Below the pieces are notes generated by a model that did no database searches, was not told the DNA's origin, and saw nothing but the letters and a program-made list of their open reading frames with translations. 64,000 nt of DNA from the NCBI GenBank assembly GCA_016748015.1, contig JAAOMT010000660.1, positions 62,001-126,000 on the forward strand, written 5' to 3'. Position 1 is the first letter of the stretch. Every line of letters starts with the position of its first letter. This stretch comes from Geosiphon pyriformis uo1. Its lineage: Eukaryota; Fungi; Glomeromycota. Position numbers and translations under genes: made by a program. Shown piece by piece: positions 12,846 through 25,098 of this stretch.

Positions 12846-15817
12846 ACATAAGGGAAACAAATTTTTCACAGCTCTTGTTCTTTAAATGAACTATAATTCT
12901 AGCTTGCCAATCGAGTTAAAGTTTAAGCTTAAAATTTTTTACATACTAGAAATAAAATTCAAAGGGAGTCCTTAGCCATCAAAATTAATTTTCTATAAAT
13001 TATCTGCCTTTTTTGAAGATAGATTCAGTGATTGGAGGATTTTCGATTTCCATCATTGATTGATCTCAAAAATCAGTGTATCTAATTTTTTGTCACCAAA
13101 GTCATTACGAATCGAGGCTGGATGGCAGTTTGAACATTTACTTTAAAAAAAGTATATTTTTAGCTTTACATGCTTGGTAACCAGCTTGTTTAAAGTTAAT
13201 AATTAAAGTACTGTATATCCCTTAATATGAAGGGCAATGATTATCATCATCTTTCGAAAAAATTTGTTTATTGTTAAATGATATATCAATTCGATACAAA
13301 GAAAATGAATTTATTGAAAAATATGACTACTTATAAAGTTTTAAATGTTAGATTGTTATATTTATGCTTTTATTGAATTAAACTATTTGATAAAACATTT
13401 CAGGTTAAAAAATTAAAAATTATTTTTTTAAAATAATAATTAAAGTCAATTATACTTGAACCTAAAAAAATTATAAAACGAAAAAAATTTAAGTAAAAAC
13501 GTAATTTTAAAAAAATATTTAATAACCACATTTACTTTACAAATTTAATTATACTCTAATTTATTATTTTTAAAAGTCATAATTGATATTTATTATATGA
13601 TGTGTTTAAAAAAATATTAAATAAAAACTTAATTATATTAACATATATTTTTAAAGCTAAAAATATATTAAATCAATTAACCAAAAAATTATTTTTGAAA
13701 CATATTTCTTTACAAAAAAAAACTAAAATACTATAATAACATTTTACTTAAAGAATATAATATTTTACATTGCAATTTTTAAAAAAAGTGTTATTTTTAA
13801 AATTAAAACTAACAAAATGTTTTCAATAACTTTTAATAAAAATTTTAATTTAACAACTTTATTTATTAAATAATTGTTAAAAAATTAATTATTTTTGAAT
13901 TTATAATAATTGATTTTAACTTAAATATACAATATAAATTAATGTAATAACAAATATGTTTATGTTTTATATTATCAAATTTATGTTTATTGTTTAAAAA
14001 ATTAGAATTAAATAAATAATAAATAATAAAAATAATAAAAAATAAATACAAACACTTTTTTTATCTTTTTTTTATATTCACAATCAAAACAAAGAGTAAA
14101 ATAAAAACTATTTTTTTTCTGTTTTTAATAGTTTTAATACTTAAAAAAATTTTTAAAAGTAGAAACAATTTTTTTATGTTTTAATAGAATATAATTCAAT
14201 TATTATTTAATACAATACATCTATTATAAAATCTAAATTAAATATAATTTATGTAACTATTAACTAATTATATATTAACATATTATACAATATATATAAA
14301 ATTATAACATATATTAAATAAAAAATAACATTAAAATTACTAAAATTAATTAAAGTTAAACAATTATTCAATTAAATTAAAATCAATTTAATAAAATTTT
14401 TGTTAATTATTACCAAAAAAATTAATAATAATAAATTATTTAACCAAATAACAAAAAGTTAAAATTATTAAAAAAGCAAATATAAAACTAATAGCTAAAT
14501 TTATGAATTAAAACTTAATTTTTAACATAAATATTTAACAAAATTGTTATTAAACCAAAGAATATACTTTGTAAATAGCATATTAATAAAATTGAATAAA
14601 AAATTTAAAGTAAAAAAATATTTTTTATTATTATTATATTATTTATAAATCAATAAATTAATAAAATAATTTAATTAAATATTATGTAAAATATTAACCA
14701 AAATTAATCATAAAAATAAAAAATGAAAAAACAATTAATAACATTAAAATATCACAATAATAAATTATTAAATAAATTAATTAAATACAAGATTAAAAAC
14801 AAAGTATATTATATTATACTAAGATAAAAAACAATAAAAAAATTTAACTTTAAATAAAAGAGTTTATTTAATATTTATTAAGTTTTTAATAATAAAACTA
14901 TAAATTATAACTAAAAATTAAAATTTAAAAAAAAACAGTACATAATAATTGATTAAAACTGTATTATATTAGTTAATTAATATTAATACGAATTTTATAA
15001 TTAAGAATATAATAAATATTAATTAAATCAGAAAAAATTTTACAAGATTTAAAACCAATTATTATTATTAAACATAGTTTTTATTAAATAAATATTAAAA
15101 AAATATATATAAAAATTAACAAAATACCAAAAAATTGTTATAAAAAACACAACAAAATAAAAATTACAGATAATATTTATTTAATTGCTTAAAATATAAA
15201 AATAATTATCAGTAATAAAAAAATTAAATATAAAAACAAATTAATATTAAAAAAAACAGAAAAAACAATACAAAAATTAAAACAATTTTATATTAAAAAA
15301 CAATAAAATAACCAAAAAATTATATTGAAATAAAAATTAAAAAGATAAAAAAAACATTAAATAATTTAATTAAAATTTAAAAAACTAATAACAATAAAAT
15401 AAAATAAAATATTTAAAAAAACAATTTTTATTAATATATTATTATCATAATTTTAAATAATTGCTAAAATTTAAATAGTTTTAAACAAATATTCAACAAA
15501 ATAACTTTATACTAAATAAAATAATTTATCAAAAAAAATAATTTAATAACATATTTTAAAATTATTTATTGGTTATATATTATGTTTTAAAAGTACAATA
15601 TAATAATATTAATAAAAAAAATAATAAATTAGCAATTTAAAAAATTATAAAGAACAATAAATAATATTATTATAAAAAATAATTAATAAAAATTTGGGAT
15701 TTTAATAAAGCTTAATTCCAAAAAAATTTAAAAATGTTAAAAATATTAAAAAATAATAAAAAAATAATAAAAACAACTAAAAATATCAAAACATTTTATA
15801 TTATTAAAAATAAATAG

Positions 15818-15940
15818 ATGTGGCTAGCCACATGTAGAAAGTGCGTAAGTCATATTTAGTTTAAGCCTCTTAGTTTGGCTCTATGTACTAGATAGCAATT
15901 GGGCTACACTTGTTAAATGTGTTAAATAGATAAATAAATA
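15818..15940 (+). mobile_element. Short 3'-UTR remnant of a LINE (family B-like) with A-rich tail
   Basis: gtggctagccacatgtagaaagtgcgt...tagtttggctctatgtactagatagcaattgggctacac aligns with the reverse complement of 51985-52085 and with the LINE-A 3' UTR. Confidence 0.7.
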
Positions 15941-16063
15941 ATTAGTTAATTTACAAAATTACAAAATTATTTTATTTTAAATATTAATCAATTATTTTAA
16001 TAAAAATTTTATTTTTGCAAAAATTTAAATTATTAATAATTAAATTAATTAATAATAATAATA

Positions 16064-16122
16064 TTTTTTTTTTATTTACTTAACGAGTGCAGTCCAAAAA
16101 CAATTTAGTACTATACACCAAA
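16064..16122 (-). mobile_element. Element G, terminal piece: end of 3' UTR and poly(A), separated from the rest of G by LINE A1
   Basis: The reverse complement tttggtgtatagtactaaattgtttttggactgcactcgttaag-poly(A) continues the UTR broken at ~23040 and matches the LINE terminus tttggacctcactcgttaa. Confidence 0.75.
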
Positions 16123-16253
16123 GAAATAACTTTCTTTCGTTGATCCCCTGGTCACAACAAGAACATTGAGTAGCCAGAGAAATACGTTTCTCTTTTTCCT
16201 TTTAGTTTTTTTTTTTTTTCATTATTTCTTTCAATACTTTTTTGTTCATTGCT

Positions 16254-18212
16254 ATGGAACTGGCAAGCTCTTCTGCTAGTGGTTCTGGGTCTAGTTCAAC
16301 TGGGTTGGGAATCCGGTCTAGCATTAAAAGCAAGAAGCATGTTGAGGGTGTCCACTCTTGTGGTGCATCATACAAGAAGCCAAGAAAACCCGAAGCTGCT
16401 GGGAGAATAGTAGATTCGTCAGCTGGTCCTCTTTCTATAGGCGTTTTGGGTGCTGATGGGGTGGAATGCAAAAAGTCCTGGGGCAGTGATGTGGAAAGCA
16501 ATGGTAATAGTGTCAGCGAGATCTTGGATATGGAAAACTTAAAAAACACAGTTGCAAAGGAAACGAGTTACATAGATTTGAATGCCTTGGACACTGATGA
16601 TATGGCGAACAATGCCACTCTGAGGATGACAAAGACTGTGACTTATATGCTGAGCCAACTGCTGAAACCTCCTGCTTTTGACAAAATGAGTGATGATAAA
16701 AATGTCTTGGCACTTCCATCCCCGATATTCTCTGGTTCCAAGTGCTTGCCAGCAGTTGAGTCACATGTCGCGGAAAAAAGAGATTTTGAACCAGTTAAAT
16801 CATTCGCCTTGGATATTGAGATTTCGGCAGTGCTTGGAAAGACAAATGTTGACAAATTAATGGCTGTAAAAAAAATCTTTTATCAAATTGATGGATTTGG
16901 GAGAGCTTCAACTCTCTCAAAATATCCAGGAATAATAAGGTCATCATTTATATCCAAGAAAAGTTTGATTAAGACAAGAGAAATGGCAATCAGTAAAAAT
17001 ATTTTGGTAAATGATGATCTAAGAAAAGTAAACAGCCATTCAGATTGGGAAGGGATTATCAAGAAAATCCCAGTGGATCTTCCCAAATTGGCAATTGAGG
17101 CAGTGTTCTCCAAGTTTGGCAAGATTATTTCAATCAAAGTGCAGCTTATTGGTCTTTGGCAAAAGACCCTAGTGGAATATGAATCATCTGAGATAGCTGA
17201 TTTGGTCACAGCTAGATGATCTGTACTCATGGGAAAGGATTCTGTTCGCATGGCAAAGGCAAGTATTGATAAACAAATGTGGATATCTAGGGATTGGCAT
17301 TGGGCATTGCTTTACACTATTCCAGTTGGTACCACCACCCATGATTTGTCTGGATTGGTGGAGACTTATGGTGGGAAAACTTGTTTTATTGGCTGCAATC
17401 CAACTTCTTATGTTTGTGACTGGTGTGCTGTGATTTGTTTTGAAAGTGAGGCATCCAAGCTGGCTGCTGTTGATTTGGTTCCAGTCTTCAAGGGTGTAGG
17501 TTTGCATTGGGCTGGCTTCTCTTTGGCCTGTTATGCAGTGTGTAAACAATTCAGTCATGTTTCTGATGTTTGTTCTATGAGTAAGAATTCTGGTGCTCGC
17601 AGTAAGCGAGTGGTAACTTCTCAGGATTGGGTTTGTCTGGCTAACATATATAAGAGAAAGCAGGCTCCTATTGCTCACCCAGTTTTTTTTGGTGGCAAAA
17701 CATGGGCCCAGGTTGCTAGTGGCCCTCCTTCTCGTGTGGTTCCTTCGGGTCCTTCTGGTGTTGGTGCAAATTTTGGTGCGGAATCTGCCTCGATAAAATC
17801 CTCCCCTTCTGATATCTCTGGTTTGTGTAATCGGGTGGCATCTTTGGAATACTCTTTGGAGCTTTTAACAGACCGAGTTTCTGCTATTGCGAAAAAACTG
17901 AGCTGTGTTGAAGTGGTATCTTTGGTGTCTTCTTCTCTCGCCTCCTATTCTGTTGCGTCTGCTTCTCAGGCCTCATGCGTGGATATGGATATGGCACTGG
18001 ATGTTCCATTGGCAACATCCCCTTCTTTTTGCCCAACCGTTGATGATGCTAATCCTGATTTTGGTTTCAGTAGTTCGAAGGTTTTGACTGCCAAAGTTGG
18101 TGGTTTGGAGTCAAAGTTGATGGCTTTGGATGCATCAGTCGGCTCAGTTTTGGCAAGATTGGATATGTTGTGTTCTGGTTTGGGTTTTTCGGTTCTCTTG
18201 TCTTCTCAATGA
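16254..18212 (+). pseudogene. LINE A1 ORF1 (RRM-like region, degenerate zinc knuckle, coiled coil); one premature stop
   Basis: IPVDLPKLAIEAVFSKFGKIISIKVQL is RRM-like; AVCKQFSHVSDVC here corresponds to CTHCKQFGHVTVNC in A2. TGG>TGA at 17217. Confidence 0.85.
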
Positions 18213-21200
18213 CTGGTTTGATTTGGAAGGTTGCTACATGTAATGTTCGGGGCATAAACATTCCTGCGAAACAAGAAGATATAGTTTGTTGGCACAAGAA
18301 CAAGGGCAATTTGGTTTCTATTTTTACTGAAACGAAATTGAAAGATAAAGTTCATCTCTAGATCATCAACAAGTTTGATAGTATTCGGGTGTTTACCTTT
18401 GGTTTGAATTCTGGATATCTGGATGCTGGTGTGGCGGTTGTCATGGATTCTTCTTTGGTAAGGCATGTATGCAAGATTTCTGAAGTGCCTGGCCGGCTTC
18501 TGTCTGTTTGATTACTTTTCAAGAATAAGCTCTCAGTGTTAATTCTAAGGCTCTACGCTGGTGCTTCTTTGGTGGTGTGGCTTTCTTAGACTAATAAGAT
18601 TAACTCTTTTATTACAAAAGCTGTTAATGAATCTTCTTTCGTCATTCTTAGGGGTGATTTTAATAAAGATGGTTCTCATAAAAGTGCAAGTTTCAAAAAA
18701 TGCTTTGATTTGGGTCTGGTCAATTCTTTAGCCGGCAGTCCAGCTGCGAAAGTGCCCACTTGGGAAAATTCTAGAGGTGTTAAGAAAACAATTGATTACG
18801 TGTTTGTCTCTTTAAGTCTTGTCAATGCAATAGTACATCGGGAAGTTTTGAATGTCAGTGGGCATTTTGACACAGACTATCAAGCTGTTTCAGTGAATTT
18901 GGGTTTGGGTGGGCTCTTGGATACGTGTTTGAATTCTTTTCACATGCAAACAAATAGAGATCATTGGAAGTTTGACATCAAAAGTGCCAATGAAGCTAAG
19001 TGGTTGGAGTTCAAGGTTGCTTTAGCTGCTAATGTTTCTATGTTCTCAGATGCTTTTGGTGTGGCAGTGAGGTTTTCAGATGTGGACATTATGTGGGACA
19101 TTGTTTGCAAGATTATGGTTCTTTTGGCAGATGGTACATTTAAGAAAAAGTGGTTCAAAGGTTTTGATGGCGTGTTTACCAAGACTTCTTCTAGATTTCA
19201 CAAGCTGAAACTGCTGGTTTCTAAGTTGGTCAAGGCTTCGTGTTTGGTTTCTAGTGATAGTTTTGCTTCTTTGTTGGAGGTATGACATGAATTCGACTCC
19301 CCTGGTGCATTGGTGGTTAAGTCTTTGTTTCTTTCAGGTTCTAATTTTGATCTTATTTGTTCTGCGCTGGCCAAAGCAAGAAAATTGTACCGCTCTTTCA
19401 AATTATTGGAATCCAAGCACGCTGAGGAATCTTCGATCAAGCAGGCTATTGGTAAGAGGATGGAGAGTTTTAAGCTGAACAAAAGTCACACCATTAGAAA
19501 TATTTTGGAGCATCCTTTTCGCAAGGTAGTCCTAGATCATCTGGTTGTAGAAGATGAGTTGATTTTGGAGCCTGATTTGGTTAAGTCTAAGGTGGACGAA
19601 ATTATGGAGGGATGAACCAAAAAACGTGAGGTGGTGTCTGACTTATCTGAGAATTGGGCTCACCAATATTGGCCTCTGGATTATGTATTCGATGGTGCTT
19701 TCTCTGATGTCATGTGTTCAATTGGTTTTGATGAGTTGTCAGCTGTTGTTAAGGATCTTCCTGATGGAAAAGTGGCTGGTCTTTCTGGTATCTCCAACAA
19801 ATTATGGAAACATTGTGACAAATCTGTTTTGGATATGCTTTTAGTACTCTTGAATTTTTGTTTGGTTGGTGAATTAGTTTCTGGGCCTTGGAGCGAAGCT
19901 TGGGTTTCGATGATTCTTAAACCATATGAATGAGAAGGAGTTCTTACAAACACCCATTCTATAGCTTTAATTGAGATGGCCCACAAAATTCTCTCCAAGA
20001 TCCTTTCAGATAGAATCTCTTCAGCTTGCAGCACTTTTGATGTTTTTTGTGGGGACAATTTTTCAGTTTTGAAAGGCATGACGATGCAATCTCCTATTTT
20101 TGCTATTGGTTCTGTGGTTGAAAATGCCTTAAAGAAGAACTGTGAACTTTGGCTGGTTTTACAGGACATGTGCAAAGCTTATGACTTGGTTGGTTGAGAA
20201 CATCTCAGAAGGAGTCTGGTCAGGATCAAAATATGTGACAGGTTTATTAGATTTTTTGGCAGTATTCACAATGGTCGCGTCAATAGGGTGATAACTGACT
20301 TTGGCTTGACTGATGGGTATTGTGTCCACGATGGGCTGGATCAGGGAGAAGTTTTTTCGCCTCTTCTCTGGTGTATTTTTTATGATTCACTTTTGTGCAA
20401 AGTCAAGAGACAGGAGAGTGTGTATGGCTACAGATTGAATTCTCATTTTATTTCCAAAACAGGCCAAGTAGATCCTCGAGCTGGATTGACTTTGTTTCTC
20501 ACTACTGGTGCTTTCGTTGATGATACTGTTTGGGTTGGTAGCAGCCAGGCTGCTACACAACACATTCTTGATGTTGCTAGTGAATTTTTCAGGTTCAATG
20601 ACATTTCTGTGAATAACGACAAGATAGTGGCCATTCTTATCAACTGTCAGGTAACAGACTCTTGTTTAATTATCAGTGGTGCGCCTATTTCCATTGCCAA
20701 AAAAGGGGAATCTCATTACTATTTGGGTGTTTTTTTGTCTTCTGAGGGTCTTTCAAAGCCTAGCTTGGCTAAAGTTTAGGCTGATGTACGGTTTTTTGTG
20801 AATCTCATTTTAAGAAAGGCGATTTCGGACAAACAGTGTGCATATTTGGTGTCTGCAGTTCTTTTCCCTATCATCAGCTACAAAACTCAGTTTAGTTTCA
20901 TTTCTATTGGTGTTTGTGGTAAATGGGATGCTTTGATACGCAAGATTTTAAAGTCCAAGTCTGAATTGCCATGTGATTTCCCCAGCAATGCACTTCATCA
21001 CCCCTCTTTGTACAATTTAAAAACTTTCAAACAGATCCAGGCTGAAAGTAAATCAGCCTCCGTTATTGCTTTTGCAAATTCTACTGGTGTCTTGGGTCAC
21101 TTGTTTTCACATAGGTCTCATGATCTCCAGATTCTCAGCTGGCGTTCTCGTTATCCCTTGTTGTTTCTGGTTCGTGTTGGTATCAATTCTTCGAATAATT

Positions 21201-22897
21201 TTTTGGCGGGTGTGGTCTGCATCTTTTCTGGATGTAATTTGTCTTTGGGAGGCCCTCTGGCTTGTGCTTTTTGTCATCAGTGCAGTACTCCTATGTCTTT
21301 GGTTCTTGGTGAATTCTGTTTTTTTAAGTGTATTTCTTCGCTCAGGCATTATAAAATTGCTTTCGTGGAACAGCTTTGTGACCATAATGGTGATGTTTTC
21401 AGTTAGGGGACCTTCAAGCGTTGGAAGAGACTAGACCCTCGCGGCCCAGTCCCTTTCTGGTTTGATCTTTCTGTTCGCTTTCTTGGTGGTGTTGTGCCTC
21501 TCTTCTCAAGTTCTTCTTTGGTGGATGGTCATGTTGTGTCTGATATTTGTCTTTCTCATGATTTTGGTGTGGTTCGTGACACCTTGTCGACTGTTGATGC
21601 TACCTGCCTTTCTGTGTACACAGATGGATCTCTTTCTGGTCTGGGCACTGTTGACGTGAGAGCAGGTGCTGCCATTTTTTTTGAGGACATTAACTTGGGT
21701 TTGGGTGTTGGCGTGTCTGGTTTGGTTTTTTCTACTCTAATGGAGCTGCAAGCCATAGCTTTGGCCCTTGAATCTGTTTCTTTTTCTCGTTGAATTGACT
21801 TGTTCTCAGATAGCCAAGCTGCTTTGGATGCATGTAGGTTAGAGTTTTCGCTGGTTTGTCTGGATTTCAGGAACCGCTGTTGGATCGAGCATTGTCACAT
21901 TGCTACTATTATTCATCAAAAAAATTTGGATGTGAATTGGGTTAAGGTAAAAGGTCATTCAGATGTCTCGAACAATGAGTATGCTGATGCGTTTGCCAAA
22001 GATGCTGCTCTCTCTGCTTGGTGTCTACCTCATTTAGTCAGTGAACGTTTTCTATGTGCTGGTGGTACAGCAGTTTCTGATAATTCTAGACATTTTGTTC
22101 ATGATGTTTTCCAGTCAGTTCATTGAGCTTGTTGGGAGGTTGGAGTGGGTTTTTGTGTTGTGGATAATAGTTTGCGTGCTGATATCAATTGGTTTAAGTC
22201 TTCTATGGTGTGGCACACCAATTCTCACTTGGTATCCAGTTTTACCAGTATGCACATGGCAGACAATCATACTTACTTTATGAAGGCTCTCTATTATCGG
22301 CTTCTTGTTGCTGTGCGCAAGCATTTATATAATAGGAGATACCCCAGTGTGGTCTGTCTGTTTTGTGGTGATGTTGAGACCTCAGATCATGTCTTTTTGT
22401 GTCCTCAGGATGCTGTTGGCTGTGCTCGTTTGTTGGGCACTCATGCTTCAGCTTGGAAGGCTCTTTCTGGTCTATTTCACTCTTCTTCATGTGTCTTATA
22501 GACTTTGGCTTCTTGTGTTTCTGGAGTTGGAGTTGGTGTTGCTCTGTATAAGGGCTTTGTTTTCAATGATTGGTTTTGTGAGTCTGTCTCGATTTTTAAA
22601 GATTCTAAGAAGAGTACTAAAAAGATTGTGGACTTTGTGCATGAGTTCTGTCTTGCATTTCAGGATGATATTTGGTTGGTTCGCGCTAGACACCGAGCAT
22701 TTATGGAAAAGCACGGTTTGATTCCGCATAACAACTCCACTCCTGCTTCAGTTTCTGGTTTGCCTATGATGTTTTCGGCTGGTGTGGTTAGATTGCTAAG
22801 GGTGGCTGAGGCTTTTGGAGTTGGTTTTGGGTTTCGTAAGTTTTGTCCATTTTTTTCAAGTATTGGAGATTTGGTTTCTGTGCATATAGGTGTATAG
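18209..22897 (+). pseudogene. LINE A1 ORF2: AP endonuclease, reverse transcriptase, RNase H, C-terminal zinc finger; multiple stops
   Basis: APE: TCNVRG, TETK, GDFN, IDYVF, TD(Y). RT: PIALIE, DMCKAYD, QGEVFSPLLW, AFVDD. RNase H: YTDGS, ELQAI, SDSQ, KVKGH, N..AD. Zinc finger: CLFC...SDHVFLC. Confidence 0.92.
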
Positions 22898-23035
22898 TGT
22901 AGTCTTGACTGGCCCAAGTGGCTGGTCACGTGTAGAAAGTGCATAATTTGCACCTAGTTTGGATCATTTGTATGATGTATAATGTTAGGTCACATTTGGA
23001 CCTCACTCGTTAAATAAATAAATAAAAAATAATAA

Positions 23036-24170
23036 TAATAATCTAAACTAGATGTTAATTATGTACTTTCTACACATGACTAGTTACTTGAACCAATCAA
23101 GAACACATTATGCTGAAACAATAGGAAGTGGAAATAATCCCAATCCACGAATTTTTTCAATAACACCATTCAGATTTCTAGAATCAAAAATAAACTCACT
23201 AAGAAATAATCTAGTAGATTCAACACTACCTCTAACTTCAGCATCCGACATCCACCACAAAGCTATAGCACGCTCAACAGTGTTCTTACTCAAGAGAGAA
23301 GATTTGGCGGTCTGCATATCATCATAATCCATGTCACCAAAGTCAACTTTAGATCTAAGACAAGCAATATCCTTAGATACACCAACCAAAAAATTGGCAA
23401 AATTATTAGAAGCATATTTCATAAAAAGAAGATCTTTCTCTAACTAAACATTCTTAACAGTATTATTATCAAGGAGACAAGATATCAAAGCAACCAAAAA
23501 GCCAACAGGCTCAACAATAGACTTTACTAAAGCAGCCAAATCTGAAATTTGCTTTTCTAAAGAGTTCAATTTGGACTCAACAACAGCCACAGAAGGGGCA
23601 GAAGCCATTAAAAAAGAAAATTCAGACATAACAGAGAGAGCAGATGCCTTAGCATAAGACAAAGAACCAACAAAATATGATTTGAACATCTTGGAAGTCT
23701 TAAATGAAGGAGGCAGAGCAACTTTACAGTTCACAGCCAAATGATTCACTTCTTAACACCTAAAACAGCACCAACAATCAGGAGTTTCCCACCAGATATG
23801 GCTTTTTCTCAGTATACCAGTCCTCATAACAGCAAAATCCAAATCAGCTTGAGAGCCAAATGTGACCAGGGCAAACTGAGAGCAACAACCAGAATCAAAA
23901 AACAAAGAGATGAAGCACGTTTATTCACCAACTCAAGAAATCATATCACTAATTTCAAAAGCTGTGCAGCCAGAAGAAAAATTAACCAACTTGGTCTTGA
24001 ACTTATCATAAAACAGAATGGCCTTATTCTGATTAATAACTGGAAGAATCCTAACACTATCTTTGCCCACCAGAATTGATTAATGATTAAGAGCAGCAGT
24101 AACAGCATCCAATTTCTTAAAATAAACAACCATATACTGCCAAACACCAGCAGGCTTCAGCACAACATGA
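23036..24170 (-). mobile_element. Element G, 3' half of its single ORF1-like ORF plus a LINE-type 3' UTR
   Basis: ...VVLKPAGVWQYMVVYF...ILVGKDSVRI (homologous to LINE ORF1), coiled coil ESKLNSLEKQISDL, ORF end PIVSA* at 23108, followed immediately by the 3' UTR seen on LINE-A. Confidence 0.75.
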
Positions 24171-25098
24171 TATTACAGATGATTCTTTGGGGTGTCGAGT
24201 GAAATAACAAACCCATAACTTGGTGCACAAAGTGATTGGTAACAATGATAATCTAAAGGTATTTTATCTGAAGGTTTTTCAATCAAGTTCTTTGTATAAT
24301 AGACAGAGATTCAATGGTAACAATTTATTAGTAGTTTTCTGAAACTGTAGTTTTGTCAATTGCTTGCTCAGCTTAATGATTAATGATTCTCTTGGTATGA
24401 TATTCTCTGTAAGTGTATATCAGTGCTGTTTCCTGACGTTAATTCCTCCGTAAGTCCTCCAATAGTAAGTATTGTTTAAGCAAGTTTATTCCTCCATAAG
24501 TCCTCCAAGAGTAAGTATTTTTTAAGTAAGTTTTATTCTTCTGTAAGTCCTCCAAGAGTAAATCCTTTAATCAAGTTAGTAGACAACAAAGAAAATAAAG
24601 AAAGATAAAAGAGAAAATAAGAAATAAGCCAAGGCGATTTGCAAGTTAGTATCCCATCAATAGTCATGATCAAGAGCTATTATTCCAGTATGGTTAAGTA
24701 TCAATTACTATCAACATGAAGTGTTAATAGTGAAGAAGAAATTTAATATAGTGAATAATTATTTATTTGAGGATTGTGGTAACTAAGCTGAGAATTCTTA
24801 GTGTTGATTCTGTCTTTTTTGCTTCTAATGCTACTGCTATATATACATATTTGAGATTCCTCAATTCCTCAATTCCTTGCGACAGGAATCCTGGAATTCT
24901 TGGAATTCTGTGATTCCTAATAAGAGGAATTCTGAAATTCTGGAATCCTGCAATTCCTTATCGAAGAATCTTAAAATTCCTGGAATTCTGCAATTCCTTT
25001 GAGAGAAATCTTGGAATTCCACATTTACTACATCTACATTTGATTGGCTAATATCTACTGACTAATAATACTATATTTTCTATATTCTATGAGTAACA
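24171..25098 (-). repeat. E1 3' LTR
   Basis: Plus-strand termini t(a)ttaca...gtaaca; matches 48630-48675 joined to 49553-50434. Confidence 0.92.

Larger units (their letters stand above)
16123..23035 (+). mobile_element. Full-length degenerate LINE A1 (ORF1 plus APE-RT-RNase H-CCHC ORF2)
   Basis: 5' end gaaataact...tcgttgatcccctg is shared with A2. 3' UTR ends in a (TAAA)n/A-rich tail. Collinear with 53680-60599. Confidence 0.92.

Noticed and set aside
16080-23013. Apparent 19-bp terminal inverted repeats around LINE A1 (ttaacgagtgcagtccaaa versus tttggacctcactcgttaa)
   Set aside because: The left copy is the displaced 3' terminus of element G on the minus strand; A1 inserted antisense into a homologous 3' UTR.
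22897-23013. Hairpin or hammerhead ribozyme in the LINE 3' UTR (AGUCCUG and AGAA/GAAA present)
   Set aside because: AGAA is not positioned opposite the N*GUC loop, there is no loop-B consensus, and no CUGANGA core exists.
24440-24570. CRISPR-like repeat arrays in the LTRs
   Set aside because: These are tandem degenerate units without unique spacers, in a eukaryotic LTR context with no cas genes.
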